From Synergistales bacterium (GTDB lineage: Bacteria > Synergistota > Synergistia > Synergistales > JAFGMB01), in contig OY762654.1 in assembly GCA_963666205.1 (NCBI GenBank), positions 1,440,001-1,504,000 of the forward strand: a DNA stretch of 64,000 bases. Direction: 5' to 3'. Positions 1 through 10,916 of this stretch are shown here, piece after piece; within the stretch, counting starts at the first letter, position 1; each line of letters begins with the position of its first letter. Both the position numbers and the translations under genes were made by a program. Under the pieces are notes generated by a model. The model had not been told where the DNA came from and did not search any database. It saw nothing but the letters and a program-made list of their open reading frames with translations.

Positions 1-558
1 ATCTATTACATGTACAGGACACTTATCAATACAGATCGAACAGTTCGTATTACAAGGATTTTTCTCGAGCACTTTATCACACTCAAGCTTAGCGGATGTA
101 ATTATTGCACCAAGCCACACCATATTCCCATATTCTGGAGTTATCAATAATGTATTCTTTCCGATAACGCCTAATCCAGCTTGATAAGCAGCATTCTTTA
201 ATGAGATCAAGCCTGTTTTCTTTTCGATCTCATGATTGTAATTACATGGATCAATTGCACCAGTCGGAATGGCAGAATAGCCATTATCCTCAAGATAATA
301 CGCTAGTTGAACAGTAATATCATCAATATATCTGCTAAGATTATTCCTCAGAATAGTATAAGGGATTGTACTATTAGATTTTACTGTGCTACCAAGAAAC
401 TTTTTAGCAACGGCAATGACTGACTTTGCATCAGGAAGCAATGCTACAGGATTTGATTGTCCCGGCATATAGAGGAAACGGTCAGTTGAAGCAATACCAC
501 ATAAATCACAGCCGATCTGTTTCGCTTTCTCTTTAATAGCAGCTGCTGTAATGCCCAT
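1..558 (-). CDS. QueG-like / reductive-dehalogenase-like cobalamin 4Fe-4S protein (3' end runs off window)
   Basis: Hand-translated, not in ORF track: ATG at 558, MGITAAAIKEKAKQIGCDLCGIA...AAYQAGLGVIGKNTLLITPEYGNMVWLGAIIT...CNTNCSICIDKCP; open to position 1. Confidence 0.8.
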   Translation of the reverse strand, partial: MGITAAAIKEKAKQIGCDLCGIASTDRFLYMPGQSNPVALLPDAKSVIAVAKKFLGSTVKSNSTIPYTILRNNLSRYIDDITVQLAYYLEDNGYSAIPTGAIDPCNYNHEIEKKTGLISLKNAAYQAGLGVIGKNTLLITPEYGNMVWLGAIITSAKLECDKVLEKNPCNTNCSICIDKCPVHVID

Positions 559-613
559 AGAATTTTTCCCTTCCTTGTCTTCAGAGATATCATCCTATTA
601 CAGTTGAAAATCA

Positions 614-691
614 AATTGACATATTACGTATGCACTGGCATTAATTCAACTGGCATATTCACCTTTTGTCCAGTGCATGCAAATGTTATGT
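614..691 (-). other. Degenerate attC-like inverted repeat
   Basis: Minus strand ACATAAC..TGCATGCACTGG...CCAGTGCATACG..GTCAATT, lying between two co-oriented AT-rich genes. Confidence 0.35.
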
Positions 692-731
692 TATTTTTCT
701 GAGTTAAACAGTATATTTCCTGTATTCTTTA

Positions 732-1775
732 TTACATCAATTTATTAAGAATTTTTATCATGACCTGAAATGCCAAACCGGGCTTTGCCTGCTGATTTAC
801 AGTACCCGTTATGTAGATATCCATATCCGGCACATAAAATGCTACTGATCCAGTGGAACCGCAATGGCCTATCATTTCGGGCACGGGATGGAAGGGTGAC
901 AGTATTCGGGATATTTTGAATTTCTGTATGCCTATTCCGTATTTAAATGGAGAGAAAATGCTATTCCATTTCTCCAGTTCATTCAGCCTTTCCTTGGGGA
1001 AAAAGTAACCATTGAAGAATGCTTTTAAAAACGTCATCTGGTCCTTTGCGGTTGAAATAATGTCACATTGCGTAGAAGCAAAGAAAAGGGGCAGGTGTAT
1101 GATTTCCGATTTATAACGGATAGGAACATAACCTTTATCATCTGTATCTTTGCAAACATATGTCTCCGTAAGGTTAAGCTCCTTGAACAGGTTCTGAAGG
1201 ACAATATTTACCGGCTTTCCTGTAACCTTTTCTACAACCAGACTCAGTAAGTGATGATTCGTGTCGGCATATTTTGCCTTGCCCTCCTCACCGGGAGGGA
1301 AATGGGCTTTCATTTTTTTCACTTCTCTTATGACTTTATCAATTGGCCAGGGTTGATCAAGACCTGCTTCAAGCTCATCCATTACCTTTTTTCCGTTAGA
1401 TTGTTTATCCATCAGATAACAGGGGAGACCGGAGGTATGGGACACCAGATGGCCGATGGTTATATCATTCGAGTAATCTCTGCCTTTATAAGAATGCAAT
1501 CCCTGGATCAGATCAGCCGACAAGTATTTTGAGATCTTGTCCTCCAGATCTAATGTGTTTTCGGCATATAATTTCAGGATGATCGCAGAGATAAACAACT
1601 TATTTATACTGGCGATATAGTATTGGCTGTTTTCTTTTATTTCCCCGGATGCGCTTATCATGTCAATGCTACTATTGCCAGTGGAAACGCAAAAAACAGC
1701 TCCGTAAATATTTTTCTTTTCGACGATATCACTTACTAATTGATCCAGGATCGAGTTATCAAGTTTTTCCTTCAT
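732..1775 (-). CDS. Serine hydrolase, beta-lactamase/PBP-like family
   Basis: SxxK (SINK), YxD (YAD) and GHCG motifs; start placed at ATG 1775 after GGAGG (ORF track starts at 1892). Confidence 0.85.
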   Translation of the reverse strand: MKEKLDNSILDQLVSDIVEKKNIYGAVFCVSTGNSSIDMISASGEIKENSQYYIASINKLFISAIILKLYAENTLDLEDKISKYLSADLIQGLHSYKGRDYSNDITIGHLVSHTSGLPCYLMDKQSNGKKVMDELEAGLDQPWPIDKVIREVKKMKAHFPPGEEGKAKYADTNHHLLSLVVEKVTGKPVNIVLQNLFKELNLTETYVCKDTDDKGYVPIRYKSEIIHLPLFFASTQCDIISTAKDQMTFLKAFFNGYFFPKERLNELEKWNSIFSPFKYGIGIQKFKISRILSPFHPVPEMIGHCGSTGSVAFYVPDMDIYITGTVNQQAKPGLAFQVMIKILNKLM

Positions 1776-2180
1776 TTGTTCCTCCGATACAATGGGGTAA
1801 TGATTTTCAGACTTCATCCCCAAACCCAGAGACCATAGTGCGCCAGGTCCGGCAATAACGATACAAAAAAATAACAATTTTGTATCGTTCATTATTCTTT
1901 TCTTTACTTACATTACAATTCCTTCACATTAAGGTTACTAGATTTTCAATAAAAACATCGGCAATATTCTGGTATATTTTTAACTTATTAGGAGATCAAT
2001 TGTTTGTCAAGACATAGATTCATCTTGCAGAAAGAAACAGTGACAAACTAATGTTGACTTTAGCCAACCAAAAGAAATTTTTGTAAAATGTAATCAGCAA
2101 TCGAAAACCAGGAATTGTGAAATACCCTGCAGACCCCTCGATGAGTTGAAACGCACCCTGCGGGTTTCAGGAAAGAAATA

Positions 2181-2226
2181 TAAAAAGGGGAATTGATGCG
2201 ATTTACCACACCAATTCCCCTTTTTA
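2181..2226. terminator. Bidirectional intrinsic terminator
   Basis: AAAAAGGGGAATTG...CAATTCCCCTTTTTT just downstream of the amidohydrolase. Confidence 0.75.
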
Positions 2227-2255
2227 ATTCCAGGATGCGCTACAGATTATAATCA

Positions 2256-3416
2256 TTACTGTTCTTTTCTGTAAACCACTTCTCCATCGATCATTGTCAT
2301 AAGGGCGCTGGATCTGCTGTCCAGGGGATCTCCGTCCCACATTACGAGATCAGCATCCTTTCCTTTTTCAATGCTTCCAACCCTGTCCTGAATTCCGAGA
2401 TGCTCTGCTGCATAGAGGGTTATGCACTTCAATGCATCCTCCCTTGAAAGACCTGCCCGGAAGGCGAGGGATGCGCAGAGGGACAGATGCTCTATGGGGA
2501 TGACAGGGTGATCTGTGATCATGCACACGTGGCATCCTGCGTCAAGAAGTTTTTTCATGGTTTCCCAGCTCTTGTTCTTCAACTCCAGTTTCGATCTGCT
2601 GGACATGGTGGGACCCACCGCGGCCATTACTTTTTTCTTTCCCAGATATCCAGCAATGATATGACCTTCCGTACAGTGTTCAATGGTATATTTCACGCCA
2701 AATTCCTCGCAGATCCTTATGGCCGTTGCTATATCGTCAGCCCTGTGGGCATGGATGCTCAAAGGTATTTCTCCTTCAAGCACAGGGACCAGGGATTCCC
2801 ATGCCAGGTCCCGCTCGTGGAAACTTTCTTTTTCTGAAGCGTCCATTTCTTTTTCAATGTAGTTCTGAGCTTTTATAAAGGCATCCCTCATACAGGCGGC
2901 ATTTCCCATTCTGGTGGTGGGAAGAACCTTCTTCTCCTTGTAGACTCCTATGGGATTTTCACCCAGGGCTGCTTTCATTGAAGAAGGGGCGAGTATGACC
3001 ATCTCATCCACAATGGTGCCGCGGGTTTTTATGACGGCACCCTGCCCGCCTATGACATTGGCACTTCCTGGCAGGGTCTGTACACAGGTCACCCCTCCCG
3101 AAAGGGCATCCTGAAAAGCTGTATCCTGAGGTGTGAAAGAATCTATTATCCTCAATTGAGGGGTTACGGGAGATGTCATCTCATTGCCGTCAGTGAATGA
3201 TTCCGGGATCCCCTGCTCAAAGGCCCCTATATGAGTATGGGCATCGATAAGGCCTGGTGTTATGAAGCGGTCTTCCGCATCAATGATCCCGGCATCGGGG
3301 GGAATGGTCACGTCACTGCCAACAGCAATTATTTTGTTTCCATCCACGAGGATAACGCCGTCTTCAATTGTCCCGTCCGATATCGTTTCGATCCTTGCAT
3401 TTATAAAGGCTTTCAT
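2256..3416 (-). CDS. Amidohydrolase family protein
   Basis: PGLIDAHTH metal-binding motif, HAHRADD, TDHP, GSIEKGKDADLV. Confidence 0.9.
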   Translation of the reverse strand: MKAFINARIETISDGTIEDGVILVDGNKIIAVGSDVTIPPDAGIIDAEDRFITPGLIDAHTHIGAFEQGIPESFTDGNEMTSPVTPQLRIIDSFTPQDTAFQDALSGGVTCVQTLPGSANVIGGQGAVIKTRGTIVDEMVILAPSSMKAALGENPIGVYKEKKVLPTTRMGNAACMRDAFIKAQNYIEKEMDASEKESFHERDLAWESLVPVLEGEIPLSIHAHRADDIATAIRICEEFGVKYTIEHCTEGHIIAGYLGKKKVMAAVGPTMSSRSKLELKNKSWETMKKLLDAGCHVCMITDHPVIPIEHLSLCASLAFRAGLSREDALKCITLYAAEHLGIQDRVGSIEKGKDADLVMWDGDPLDSRSSALMTMIDGEVVYRKEQ

Positions 3417-3618
3417 TATTTTCCTCCTGTCATATCTTTTCCCTGGATCTTGTGAATGGACCTTATTTTCAGATCACATCATTTCAGCATAGGTCAAACT
3501 CACGGTTGATCCTGTCATGGGCTTACCTGAAAAAGTTTAATGAGGGAAATATCCTGACCCCTGAAACCGCTGGCATGATAAGGAAATACCAGGCCGGAAA
3601 ATTCGTAGAATTACCGGA

Positions 3619-4218
3619 TCATGTCAATTCGGAAAGACTGCCGTTCTCCTCGATCAGATCTTCAAGTTCGACTACTACCCTTCGGAGTTCATTCACCAGG
3701 GGTCTGTGGTACTGGCAGGCATCATATATCTCGAGAAGGCTTTTATAGTACCAGAGCTGTTTTTCGGGAGGAGCACTGAAACGCTTCCAGAAGTCTTCGA
3801 AGCTGCTGGTGTGCTGAAGGTCCAGCAGGGTACACCTCGCATTGTGGAGCTTGTCAGAAAGAGACACCAGCAGAACAGAAGGGTCTGCGGTCCTCATATC
3901 CTCTATGTACCGGGCTTTTCTCGGCTCCCAGGGAGGCTTTGGATTAGTGTAGGCATCCGTGCAGTGGTCGACAATTTCGGCAACCCTGTCACCGAAAAGG
4001 CTACGAATCTCTTCAAGGGCCTTTTCCCCACCCTGATCCTCCACCACATCATGAAGGAGAGCAGCAATGGCTTCATCCTCATTCCCCCCATGTTCGATCA
4101 CGAGGCCGGAAACGGCCATCAGATGGGAAATATAAGGGGTACTGGATCCTTTACGGATCTGATCCTTATGTTTTATGAAGGCATATTCGAAGGCCTTCAG
4201 ATATTTTTCTGAAAGCAA
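3619..4218 (-). CDS. Stand-alone HD-domain protein, Mesh1/small alarmone hydrolase-like
   Basis: HxxQxRK, PYISH, AALLHDVVED and DKLHN motifs of RelA/SpoT hydrolase domains. Confidence 0.85.
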   Translation of the reverse strand: MLSEKYLKAFEYAFIKHKDQIRKGSSTPYISHLMAVSGLVIEHGGNEDEAIAALLHDVVEDQGGEKALEEIRSLFGDRVAEIVDHCTDAYTNPKPPWEPRKARYIEDMRTADPSVLLVSLSDKLHNARCTLLDLQHTSSFEDFWKRFSAPPEKQLWYYKSLLEIYDACQYHRPLVNELRRVVVELEDLIEENGSLSELT

Positions 4219-4299
4219 ATGTCATCTCCCCTCCTCTGATCCTGTTTTTATGAAATATCCAGCATTCCTCTATTCAGATAATTATTCAGTATATCATTT

Positions 4300-4752
4300 T
4301 CAGGGATATCTGGGCTCATCCTTTATTTTCTCATAATAGCTCTTCATACCAAGTTCTTTCATCAGTTGATTGTTACTTTCCCAACTCTGTTTCAGACCTT
4401 CCGGGAAACCGTGTCTGTCACATGGAAACTGGTCACACTGAAAACAGAAGTCCACTTCTTTTTCCCTGATGCAGTCTTTGACCTGACAGGCCTTAAAAAG
4501 ACACTCCCCATTGCGGCAGCCTTTGCATGTTCCGCCAGTAAGATGATCCAGAAGTTCAGAAAAGGCAGGGTAATTTGTAAAAACAGGATCCATAGCAGAA
4601 AACCTGGAAGCATAGGCGGCAAAATTATCCCCAAGTAAATGTTTCAGATTTTCTGCCGTTCTCTGTATATCTCCTCCTTCAAAGGCCAGACACTTTCCGC
4701 AGTTCAGTCCGCATGGTCCCAATATTTTCAGGAAATCTTCATAGTCTTCCAT
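4300..4752 (-). CDS. DUF3795-type Cys-rich protein
   Basis: PCGLNCGKC, CKGCR, C..KDC, FCFQCDQFPC pattern. Confidence 0.8.
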   Translation of the reverse strand: MEDYEDFLKILGPCGLNCGKCLAFEGGDIQRTAENLKHLLGDNFAAYASRFSAMDPVFTNYPAFSELLDHLTGGTCKGCRNGECLFKACQVKDCIREKEVDFCFQCDQFPCDRHGFPEGLKQSWESNNQLMKELGMKSYYEKIKDEPRYP

Positions 4753-5034
4753 TGCTATTCTCCTTTTTTCGTACAATTATGAGAGGATCCACTGATAAAG
4801 TTCGTCCTGTCAATTTCTGAGATCTTTCTTCCATGTTGATATTAATATATCTTCCCGCAGAAGGAATAGAATGGAAAGGTCATAATGAAAATATCAGATA
4901 AAATATTTACTGAGGTTCGGCTAATGAAGCCAGATGCCTTACCTTTTTTCTTCTGTTCCTTTTCTTCCTCTTTATAACTTCTAACCGGAACATTTTTTAC
5001 CACTATGAAAGGGTAGACATAAGAAATGGCGGTA

Positions 5035-7221
5035 TCACTTATACATTGAAAAAAATGGAATAGCAGGGGCTTCATATAACAAATGACCTTCGGTTCTGAA
5101 ATTATCGGAAAGCTCTACTATATAGGCCTTCCCGTCTGAAAAGAAGGGATCTCCTGCAAAGTTTTTACCCAATCCCGGTGGGGAAAGCTGTACTATGGAA
5201 AAATGTTTTACTGAGCCGCTTTTCTCTAGATCTGAAAAAAGGAGCTCCCTTTCCGTATCCAGGTCAGGCCCTATCCTGTGGGTTACCGCCCATTTTATGC
5301 CACTGTCGAAACTGACTGTCATCACGAGAATATCCTGCCCTTCATCACTTTTCATTCCCGTTCCCCAGATCCTGCAATGATGGCGTTTTCTTATGCTGAC
5401 CTCCTCGGTAGGCTTCTGAAACCCGAACTCATGAACCTTGCCATTCCAGAAGGAAGGGGTCATGGGTGCATTGTTATAACCTCTATTTAAAATTGCAGCC
5501 CGGGCAGCCAGGGAGAGAGATGAAAATGATACTTCATCTGCCATGAACCACCCGGAGCTTTTAAAGATATCTATCACTTCCTGGCTGTTATTAACTAACA
5601 AGACCATGCTTATGGGTTCCTGGGGTGAACCCGTCAGAGACTCGGTATGAGCAGGAAGCTTTCCTTCCTGAAAAAGACTCGCTATATCCGGCCCTGCGAC
5701 CTGGATTAAGGGAGACTGATGAACCATTTCGACAGGGTTATACACCATTCCATAGATCCCGTAAAATATCAGCTGCGATGCCAGGATCACCCCGGTAATA
5801 ACTTTAACAATGGAAGGATCAGTTGGTGGAAGAACTCGCTGTTCCTTCTTTTCTGACCCTTCTCTCCATTCCTGGAAACTTACCGCAGGAATAAGCCAGA
5901 GCATCCCGAGGAGGTATCCGGCCAGGACATCGCTGAGGTAATGAACACCAAGGTAAAGCCTGCTTAACCCTATAGCAAAGATGATAAGGGAACCGCCAAA
6001 GAAAAGGTTTACCTTCCTGCTCCAGCCATGAATATTACGTACCAGGAAATAGGTAATAAAACCATAGAAAGCCACAGCTACCGATGCATGACCACTGGGA
6101 AAGGAGAAAGTATTTTCAAGGTAGAAGGCAACCTCAGGCCTGGGCCTATGAAAGGCCAGCTTGCCTACCTGGGTAAAAAGCTGACTGCCGGCAATTGCTC
6201 CCCAGAGGGGCAGAATATAGCTCCCCTTCCCCCAGATCCTGAAAAGAACAGATGCGGAAATTGCGAAAAACAGAATGACCCATGATCTTCCGAGGAGGGT
6301 TATCCATAGAAAAACCCTTATGGTCGTTGGGTGTCGAAATACAGAAATGAGATTTTCTATTCTTATATCAGTGGCAACAACAGGATCAGCCATGAGCAGG
6401 TCTCCTATTAAGCCAAGAAGCAGGGAAAGAACATATATGAAGGTTATGATAAGGAGGGTTACAGGCATTCCAGTAAAACGGGTCCTGTCCAGACGTTTCC
6501 GGACAAACATCACAAGCACGGGGTGCTTTCTTACGAAAAACCGGATACCCTCATTTTTCCAGAAAGCTTCCCTTACCGCTTGGGAAATGTCTGCGAGAAG
6601 GGAAAATATCTGGCGGCCATACCTGGAGACAAAAACCTTCGCAAAATACACAACGCTGAATAAAAGGATAAAAATACCTGCTGCCAGTCCGGCTCTTGTA
6701 GTCCAGATCTCAATGATCTGCCAGGTTCTACCAAAGAAATATCCCAGGGAGAGGTAAAAAATGGCCCAGAGAAAAGCCCCGAAGATATTCCAGGGGAGGT
6801 ACCGTCCCGGATTCATGGCGGAAATTCCAGCAATAAACGGGATAAATGGTCTAAGGGGTCCTATGAATCTGGCAAGGAGAATACTTACTCCTCCCTTTTT
6901 CCCAAAATACTGCACTCCTCTTTTATAAAGGGCTGACTTGAAGATCCTGCTTTCCGGGTTAAAGAACCTGCTACCTTTTCTTCCGAGATAAAAGCTGATG
7001 CCATCTCCCATCATGGCTCCAATGGCAGCAAACCAGATGAGATCCCCCATGTCAAAAAGACCCCGGGAAGAAAGGAACCCGGCAAAAACGACAATGATAC
7101 TTCCAGGGACCGCAATCCCTGCAAAGGCTATGGCATCTGTCATACACACGAGCAGTATTAACCAGTACCCCGGGATCCGGAAATGTTCAAGAGCCGGTAA
7201 AAGCAGATCCATGGTCTTCAT
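5035..7221 (-). CDS. DedA-PAP2 phosphatase-LssY C-terminal fusion membrane protein
   Basis: N-terminal DedA motifs (GD..SFYLGR, ARFIGPLR); PAP2 motifs KxxxxRPRP, SFPSGH, SRLYLGVHYLSDV; C-terminal RHHCRIW. Confidence 0.88.
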   Translation of the reverse strand: MKTMDLLLPALEHFRIPGYWLILLVCMTDAIAFAGIAVPGSIIVVFAGFLSSRGLFDMGDLIWFAAIGAMMGDGISFYLGRKGSRFFNPESRIFKSALYKRGVQYFGKKGGVSILLARFIGPLRPFIPFIAGISAMNPGRYLPWNIFGAFLWAIFYLSLGYFFGRTWQIIEIWTTRAGLAAGIFILLFSVVYFAKVFVSRYGRQIFSLLADISQAVREAFWKNEGIRFFVRKHPVLVMFVRKRLDRTRFTGMPVTLLIITFIYVLSLLLGLIGDLLMADPVVATDIRIENLISVFRHPTTIRVFLWITLLGRSWVILFFAISASVLFRIWGKGSYILPLWGAIAGSQLFTQVGKLAFHRPRPEVAFYLENTFSFPSGHASVAVAFYGFITYFLVRNIHGWSRKVNLFFGGSLIIFAIGLSRLYLGVHYLSDVLAGYLLGMLWLIPAVSFQEWREGSEKKEQRVLPPTDPSIVKVITGVILASQLIFYGIYGMVYNPVEMVHQSPLIQVAGPDIASLFQEGKLPAHTESLTGSPQEPISMVLLVNNSQEVIDIFKSSGWFMADEVSFSSLSLAARAAILNRGYNNAPMTPSFWNGKVHEFGFQKPTEEVSIRKRHHCRIWGTGMKSDEGQDILVMTVSFDSGIKWAVTHRIGPDLDTERELLFSDLEKSGSVKHFSIVQLSPPGLGKNFAGDPFFSDGKAYIVELSDNFRTEGHLLYEAPAIPFFSMYK

Positions 7222-7357
7222 ATAATCCTCTTTTCATTGGCTGAAACATAATTTCTGACCGTTGTAATATAATATCACTATAACTGGCTGAAACGAATAG
7301 TTGAGGTATTCCTATTGTTTATGTCAGGGAAACTGTTTTCCCCGGGGAGGGAAACCC

Positions 7358-8479
7358 ATGAATCTCATAGATATTTTTTATGTAACTGCCGGAGGGGGTC
7401 ACAGATCTGCAGCTCTTGCACTCAGAGAATCCCTTGCCGGACTGGGCAGGCTCAACATTATGACAGATCTGCTTGATTTCTCCAACAGGATATTTAAATG
7501 GACCTACAGCAGCGGATATGAATTTATCAGCGAGCACATACAGACCGCCCTCAAGGGCATGTACCGGCTTACCGATCAGGACAGGAAATCAAGCAGCTTT
7601 CTGCATATGGTCGATCTTCTGAGCCAGATGAACGTTCCTGGATTTGCGCACTATATAACAGATAATCCTGACATAACCTCTGTATGTACTCATTTTTTCC
7701 CTTCCACCGTCCTGTCAAGACTCAAAGAAGAGGGGAAATATAGAGGTAAGATCTATGTCTGCATAACGGATTACGGTTTTCATAAAATGTGGTTCACCGA
7801 AGGCGTTGACAGATTCTTTGTTGGAAGCACTACAGTAAAGGACAGTCTTCTGGACCTGGGGGTAAGGGAAGAAAGAATATCTCTGACGGGTATTCCCATA
7901 AAGAAAGTATTCAGCCTGCCAAAGGATAAAACCGGGATCCAGAACCGTGAGGATCTGAAAAAAGGCAAATTCACCCTGCTCTTCGTCACAAGCTCCATCC
8001 CTGATGCGGATGTGCTGGAAATACTTGACAGGCTATCTATTTGGGAACCGGACCTTAACCTTCTCATAGTATCGGGAAGAAATATGTCAATAAAGGAAAA
8101 ACTGTCCGGGATCAACTCAAGGGGAGATCTTACGATCAGAAAATACGGTTTTATTGATAATATGGATGAACTTATGGCCATCAGCGATCTTATGATAACA
8201 AAGCCAGGCGGATTGACATCCAGTGAAGCCCTTGCGATGGGAGTTCCCCTTCTGATGTACAGACCCATTCCGTACCAGGAGACCAACAATGCGGAATATA
8301 TTGAAAAGAGTGGATCCGGTCTGCTGGCTATATCCGAAGAGGATCTTCTGGAAAAAATACAATTCCTTTATTCCGGACCTTCGAAGTTGAAACAGATGGC
8401 CCATAACACCAGAAGTATAGCCTTTCCCAAATCCTCAGAGACGATCATCCGTACAATTCTGTCTGAGGAGACATCTTGA
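7358..8479 (+). CDS. GT28 diacylglycerol glycosyltransferase (UgtP/MGDG synthase-like), copy 1
   Basis: AGGGHRSAA, CTHFFP, ITDY, TGIPI, ITKPGGLT..EA, QETNNA. Confidence 0.88.
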   Translation: MNLIDIFYVTAGGGHRSAALALRESLAGLGRLNIMTDLLDFSNRIFKWTYSSGYEFISEHIQTALKGMYRLTDQDRKSSSFLHMVDLLSQMNVPGFAHYITDNPDITSVCTHFFPSTVLSRLKEEGKYRGKIYVCITDYGFHKMWFTEGVDRFFVGSTTVKDSLLDLGVREERISLTGIPIKKVFSLPKDKTGIQNREDLKKGKFTLLFVTSSIPDADVLEILDRLSIWEPDLNLLIVSGRNMSIKEKLSGINSRGDLTIRKYGFIDNMDELMAISDLMITKPGGLTSSEALAMGVPLLMYRPIPYQETNNAEYIEKSGSGLLAISEEDLLEKIQFLYSGPSKLKQMAHNTRSIAFPKSSETIIRTILSEETS

Positions 8480-8552
8480 CAGCTTAAACAAAGAGCTCTT
8501 TCCGGTCCGGGTAACTCCCTGAGAAACATAAATATCTCGAAAACATCGGGTG

Positions 8553-9287
8553 CTATCGTTTAAACTTCATTACTGCTGAATTATCTCCAAGATCAAGGTA
8601 CAGAGAACTTCCATCTATGTCAAAGGCTTTCACTTCAGTAAGATCCTTGAGAAATTTATCGTACAGGGATTGAGACAGGCACCAGGCAAGAGTTGAATGG
8701 GTTATAACGATCTCCAGCCTGTTGCCTCTGACTGTGAATGTACCTCCGGCATTATTGCAGTCGGCCTTTATTCTTATACTGCCATCGGGAAGGAACCTCA
8801 GGGTGTAATTTTCGGGATCACCTGGTACTCCTTTATCCTTGTTGTAGTAAATAGTTTCCTGCCATTTCCAGAGGGACTCCTTTTCCGGGGTTATCTTACT
8901 GTTTATTCTATCCCCCGCATCCTTTCCAAAGAGTATTTCCGTCAGCTCCCTGTCTGCTTCGCCGCTGCTGAAACAGATTTCTTCCATTTTCAGAAAATAG
9001 ATGGAGGGAGAAAGGTCTACACGATACCCGAATATTTCCTCGGCTGCCATGTTTCTCAATCGATCCAGAAGGACCTTTGCTGCATTCTCTCCCAGAAACA
9101 TTTCTGTGTATGCGATGCTGGGGCCAAACTTGTCATAACATATCTGTTCATCCAGATTACAGAGAACTCCCTGTTCAGGTGATGATAGATCTTTCGGAAG
9201 AGCAAATACAGGCGAAACTGATAGGATGAAAAAGATTAACAGGATCCCCCACAGGATAAATTTTCTTTCAAGATGCCCAATGAACAT
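8553..9287 (-). CDS. Exported protein with YcgJ/Fels-1-like N-terminal domain and META domain
   Basis: Signal peptide; SPEQGVLC..ICYD..GPS..YT..FLG; C-terminal YTLRF.PDG..KADCN...STLAWC. Confidence 0.65.
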   Translation of the reverse strand: MFIGHLERKFILWGILLIFFILSVSPVFALPKDLSSPEQGVLCNLDEQICYDKFGPSIAYTEMFLGENAAKVLLDRLRNMAAEEIFGYRVDLSPSIYFLKMEEICFSSGEADRELTEILFGKDAGDRINSKITPEKESLWKWQETIYYNKDKGVPGDPENYTLRFLPDGSIRIKADCNNAGGTFTVRGNRLEIVITHSTLAWCLSQSLYDKFLKDLTEVKAFDIDGSSLYLDLGDNSAVMKFKR

Positions 9288-9489
9288 CTGTCATACCTCC
9301 TCTGCAAGGAATAATATATCTGCAAGCAGGCTTTCTCCGTTGTGAAGACTGAAAAGAGGTGAAAGGGGAAGTTCCATGGAAATAAAGAAATAGAAGAAAG
9401 AAGCGATTCTATTGCTAAATACTAATATCATTTATTTAACAGGTCAACAAGATAAAACAGGATTGTTCCTTGAATTTTATAATCTGATG

Positions 9490-9879
9490 CTAGTATCCTT
9501 CCTGGAAATGAAGGGAATATCTCAGATTTTCTGAAGATCTTGTACAGAAGCTTTCATGAAAGAACGCTTCACCCCCCGATGGAAGATCAAAACAGACAAC
9601 ATTGAAAAAATTGCAGCATTGACCAGAATCATCATGGACTTTGATCTGAAATCTGATAAAGGAGTAGTCACTGCCGGATGAATTGACAATAGTACCCTGA
9701 CAATGAATAAATGGCCCTTCTGAAGTTGATGAAAGATCAGTGATACTGAATTCTGAACCTGTAAACATTATGATATGCCCCACCTCTGAATTGAAGTTTT
9801 TCAAGTCAATACTCTCTTTTATAGAATACGGACTTTTCAAGGCGAGATATATTTCCGAAGAAGGAAGGGTTTTGAACAT
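9490..9879 (-). CDS. FxLYD-like domain protein
   Basis: GTIVNSSGSDYSFIRFQIKVHDDSG resembles the FxLYD pattern. Confidence 0.5.
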   Translation of the reverse strand: MFKTLPSSEIYLALKSPYSIKESIDLKNFNSEVGHIIMFTGSEFSITDLSSTSEGPFIHCQGTIVNSSGSDYSFIRFQIKVHDDSGQCCNFFNVVCFDLPSGGEAFFHESFCTRSSENLRYSLHFQEGY

Positions 9880-9985
9880 TAAGACCTAAAATATATAGGT
9901 CTCAGGAACTATATAACTTAGGATTTGTGTATGATCCGGTTAAACATGAACTATCCTGTTACTTCTGGATGGATATGGATGGCTA

Positions 9986-10606
9986 TCAACCAGGTTTTCG
10001 GGCCACCATAACGATCTGCCCCTTCTTCTGCATAAGCTCAAGCTTTTCAATGGTAAAACCTGCACCTTCAAGGGCTTTTCTGAAATCTTCAGGAGAATGA
10101 AGATTGAAATATTTTTCCAGTTTTGCCGCTTCCTTTTCGTTCCTGGCATACTTGTTGACTATTACAAGGTGTCCCGAAGGCTTTATGACCCTGTACACCT
10201 CACCAAGATCTTTGGGTATATCCGGCCAGAAATGAATGGTCTCACTTGCTACTACAAGATCAAAAAGGGAATCTTCGAAGGGCATAGTGGAGACGGAAGC
10301 CTGGATCACTTCTACCCGGTCCTTGCTGATAAGCTGTCGGTTCAGCTTTGAGGCCATCCTGACCATTTCAGGGGAATAGTCCATTCCATAAACTTTGCCC
10401 TGGGGAACCTTTTCAGCCAGAATGGAAAGGGATCTGCCGGCACCGCATCCTATGTCCAGAATACTGTCCCTGGATCCTATGGGGACCTGCTTCAGGAATA
10501 ACTGATAGAAAGGCACGTGGGCCAGGTTCATAAGCCTGCCCATGACATTCCCCCAGAATCCTGCCGGTTTCCTGCTCTGTTCAAATACCTTATCCATAAG
10601 ACTCAT
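9986..10606 (-). CDS. Class I SAM-dependent methyltransferase
   Basis: ILDIGCGAG, GMDYSPEM, FDLV, RVIKPSG. Confidence 0.9.
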   Translation of the reverse strand: MSLMDKVFEQSRKPAGFWGNVMGRLMNLAHVPFYQLFLKQVPIGSRDSILDIGCGAGRSLSILAEKVPQGKVYGMDYSPEMVRMASKLNRQLISKDRVEVIQASVSTMPFEDSLFDLVVASETIHFWPDIPKDLGEVYRVIKPSGHLVIVNKYARNEKEAAKLEKYFNLHSPEDFRKALEGAGFTIEKLELMQKKGQIVMVARKPG

Positions 10607-10916
10607 TTGTGATCCTCCCGTGAAAGATATCCGGGAAAATCTCTGATTAGATACGGTCGGATGGATAAAATCACAGAAAAACCCGGTCAGGACAATTTTA
10701 AATCAAATTATAAAAGAAATGGAAGGGCTATATTGCTCGTGATCAACGGGGAAATTCCCTTTGATCAGTTCAGAGCCAGCATAATTACTCTCTTTCACTC
10801 AGAAGGAACTACCCTTGTTATCCTTTCAGATGTCACTTTTTCGATTTATCTTTTTACCTTAGTGCTATTTACTGTTAATATATTCTATATGAAGGAAATA
10901 GTGGGAGGTGGAGAAA

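Noticed and set aside
732-1775. True beta-lactamase resistance gene
   Set aside because: No signal peptide at the RBS-supported start, and motifs (YAD, HCG) fit a generic serine hydrolase
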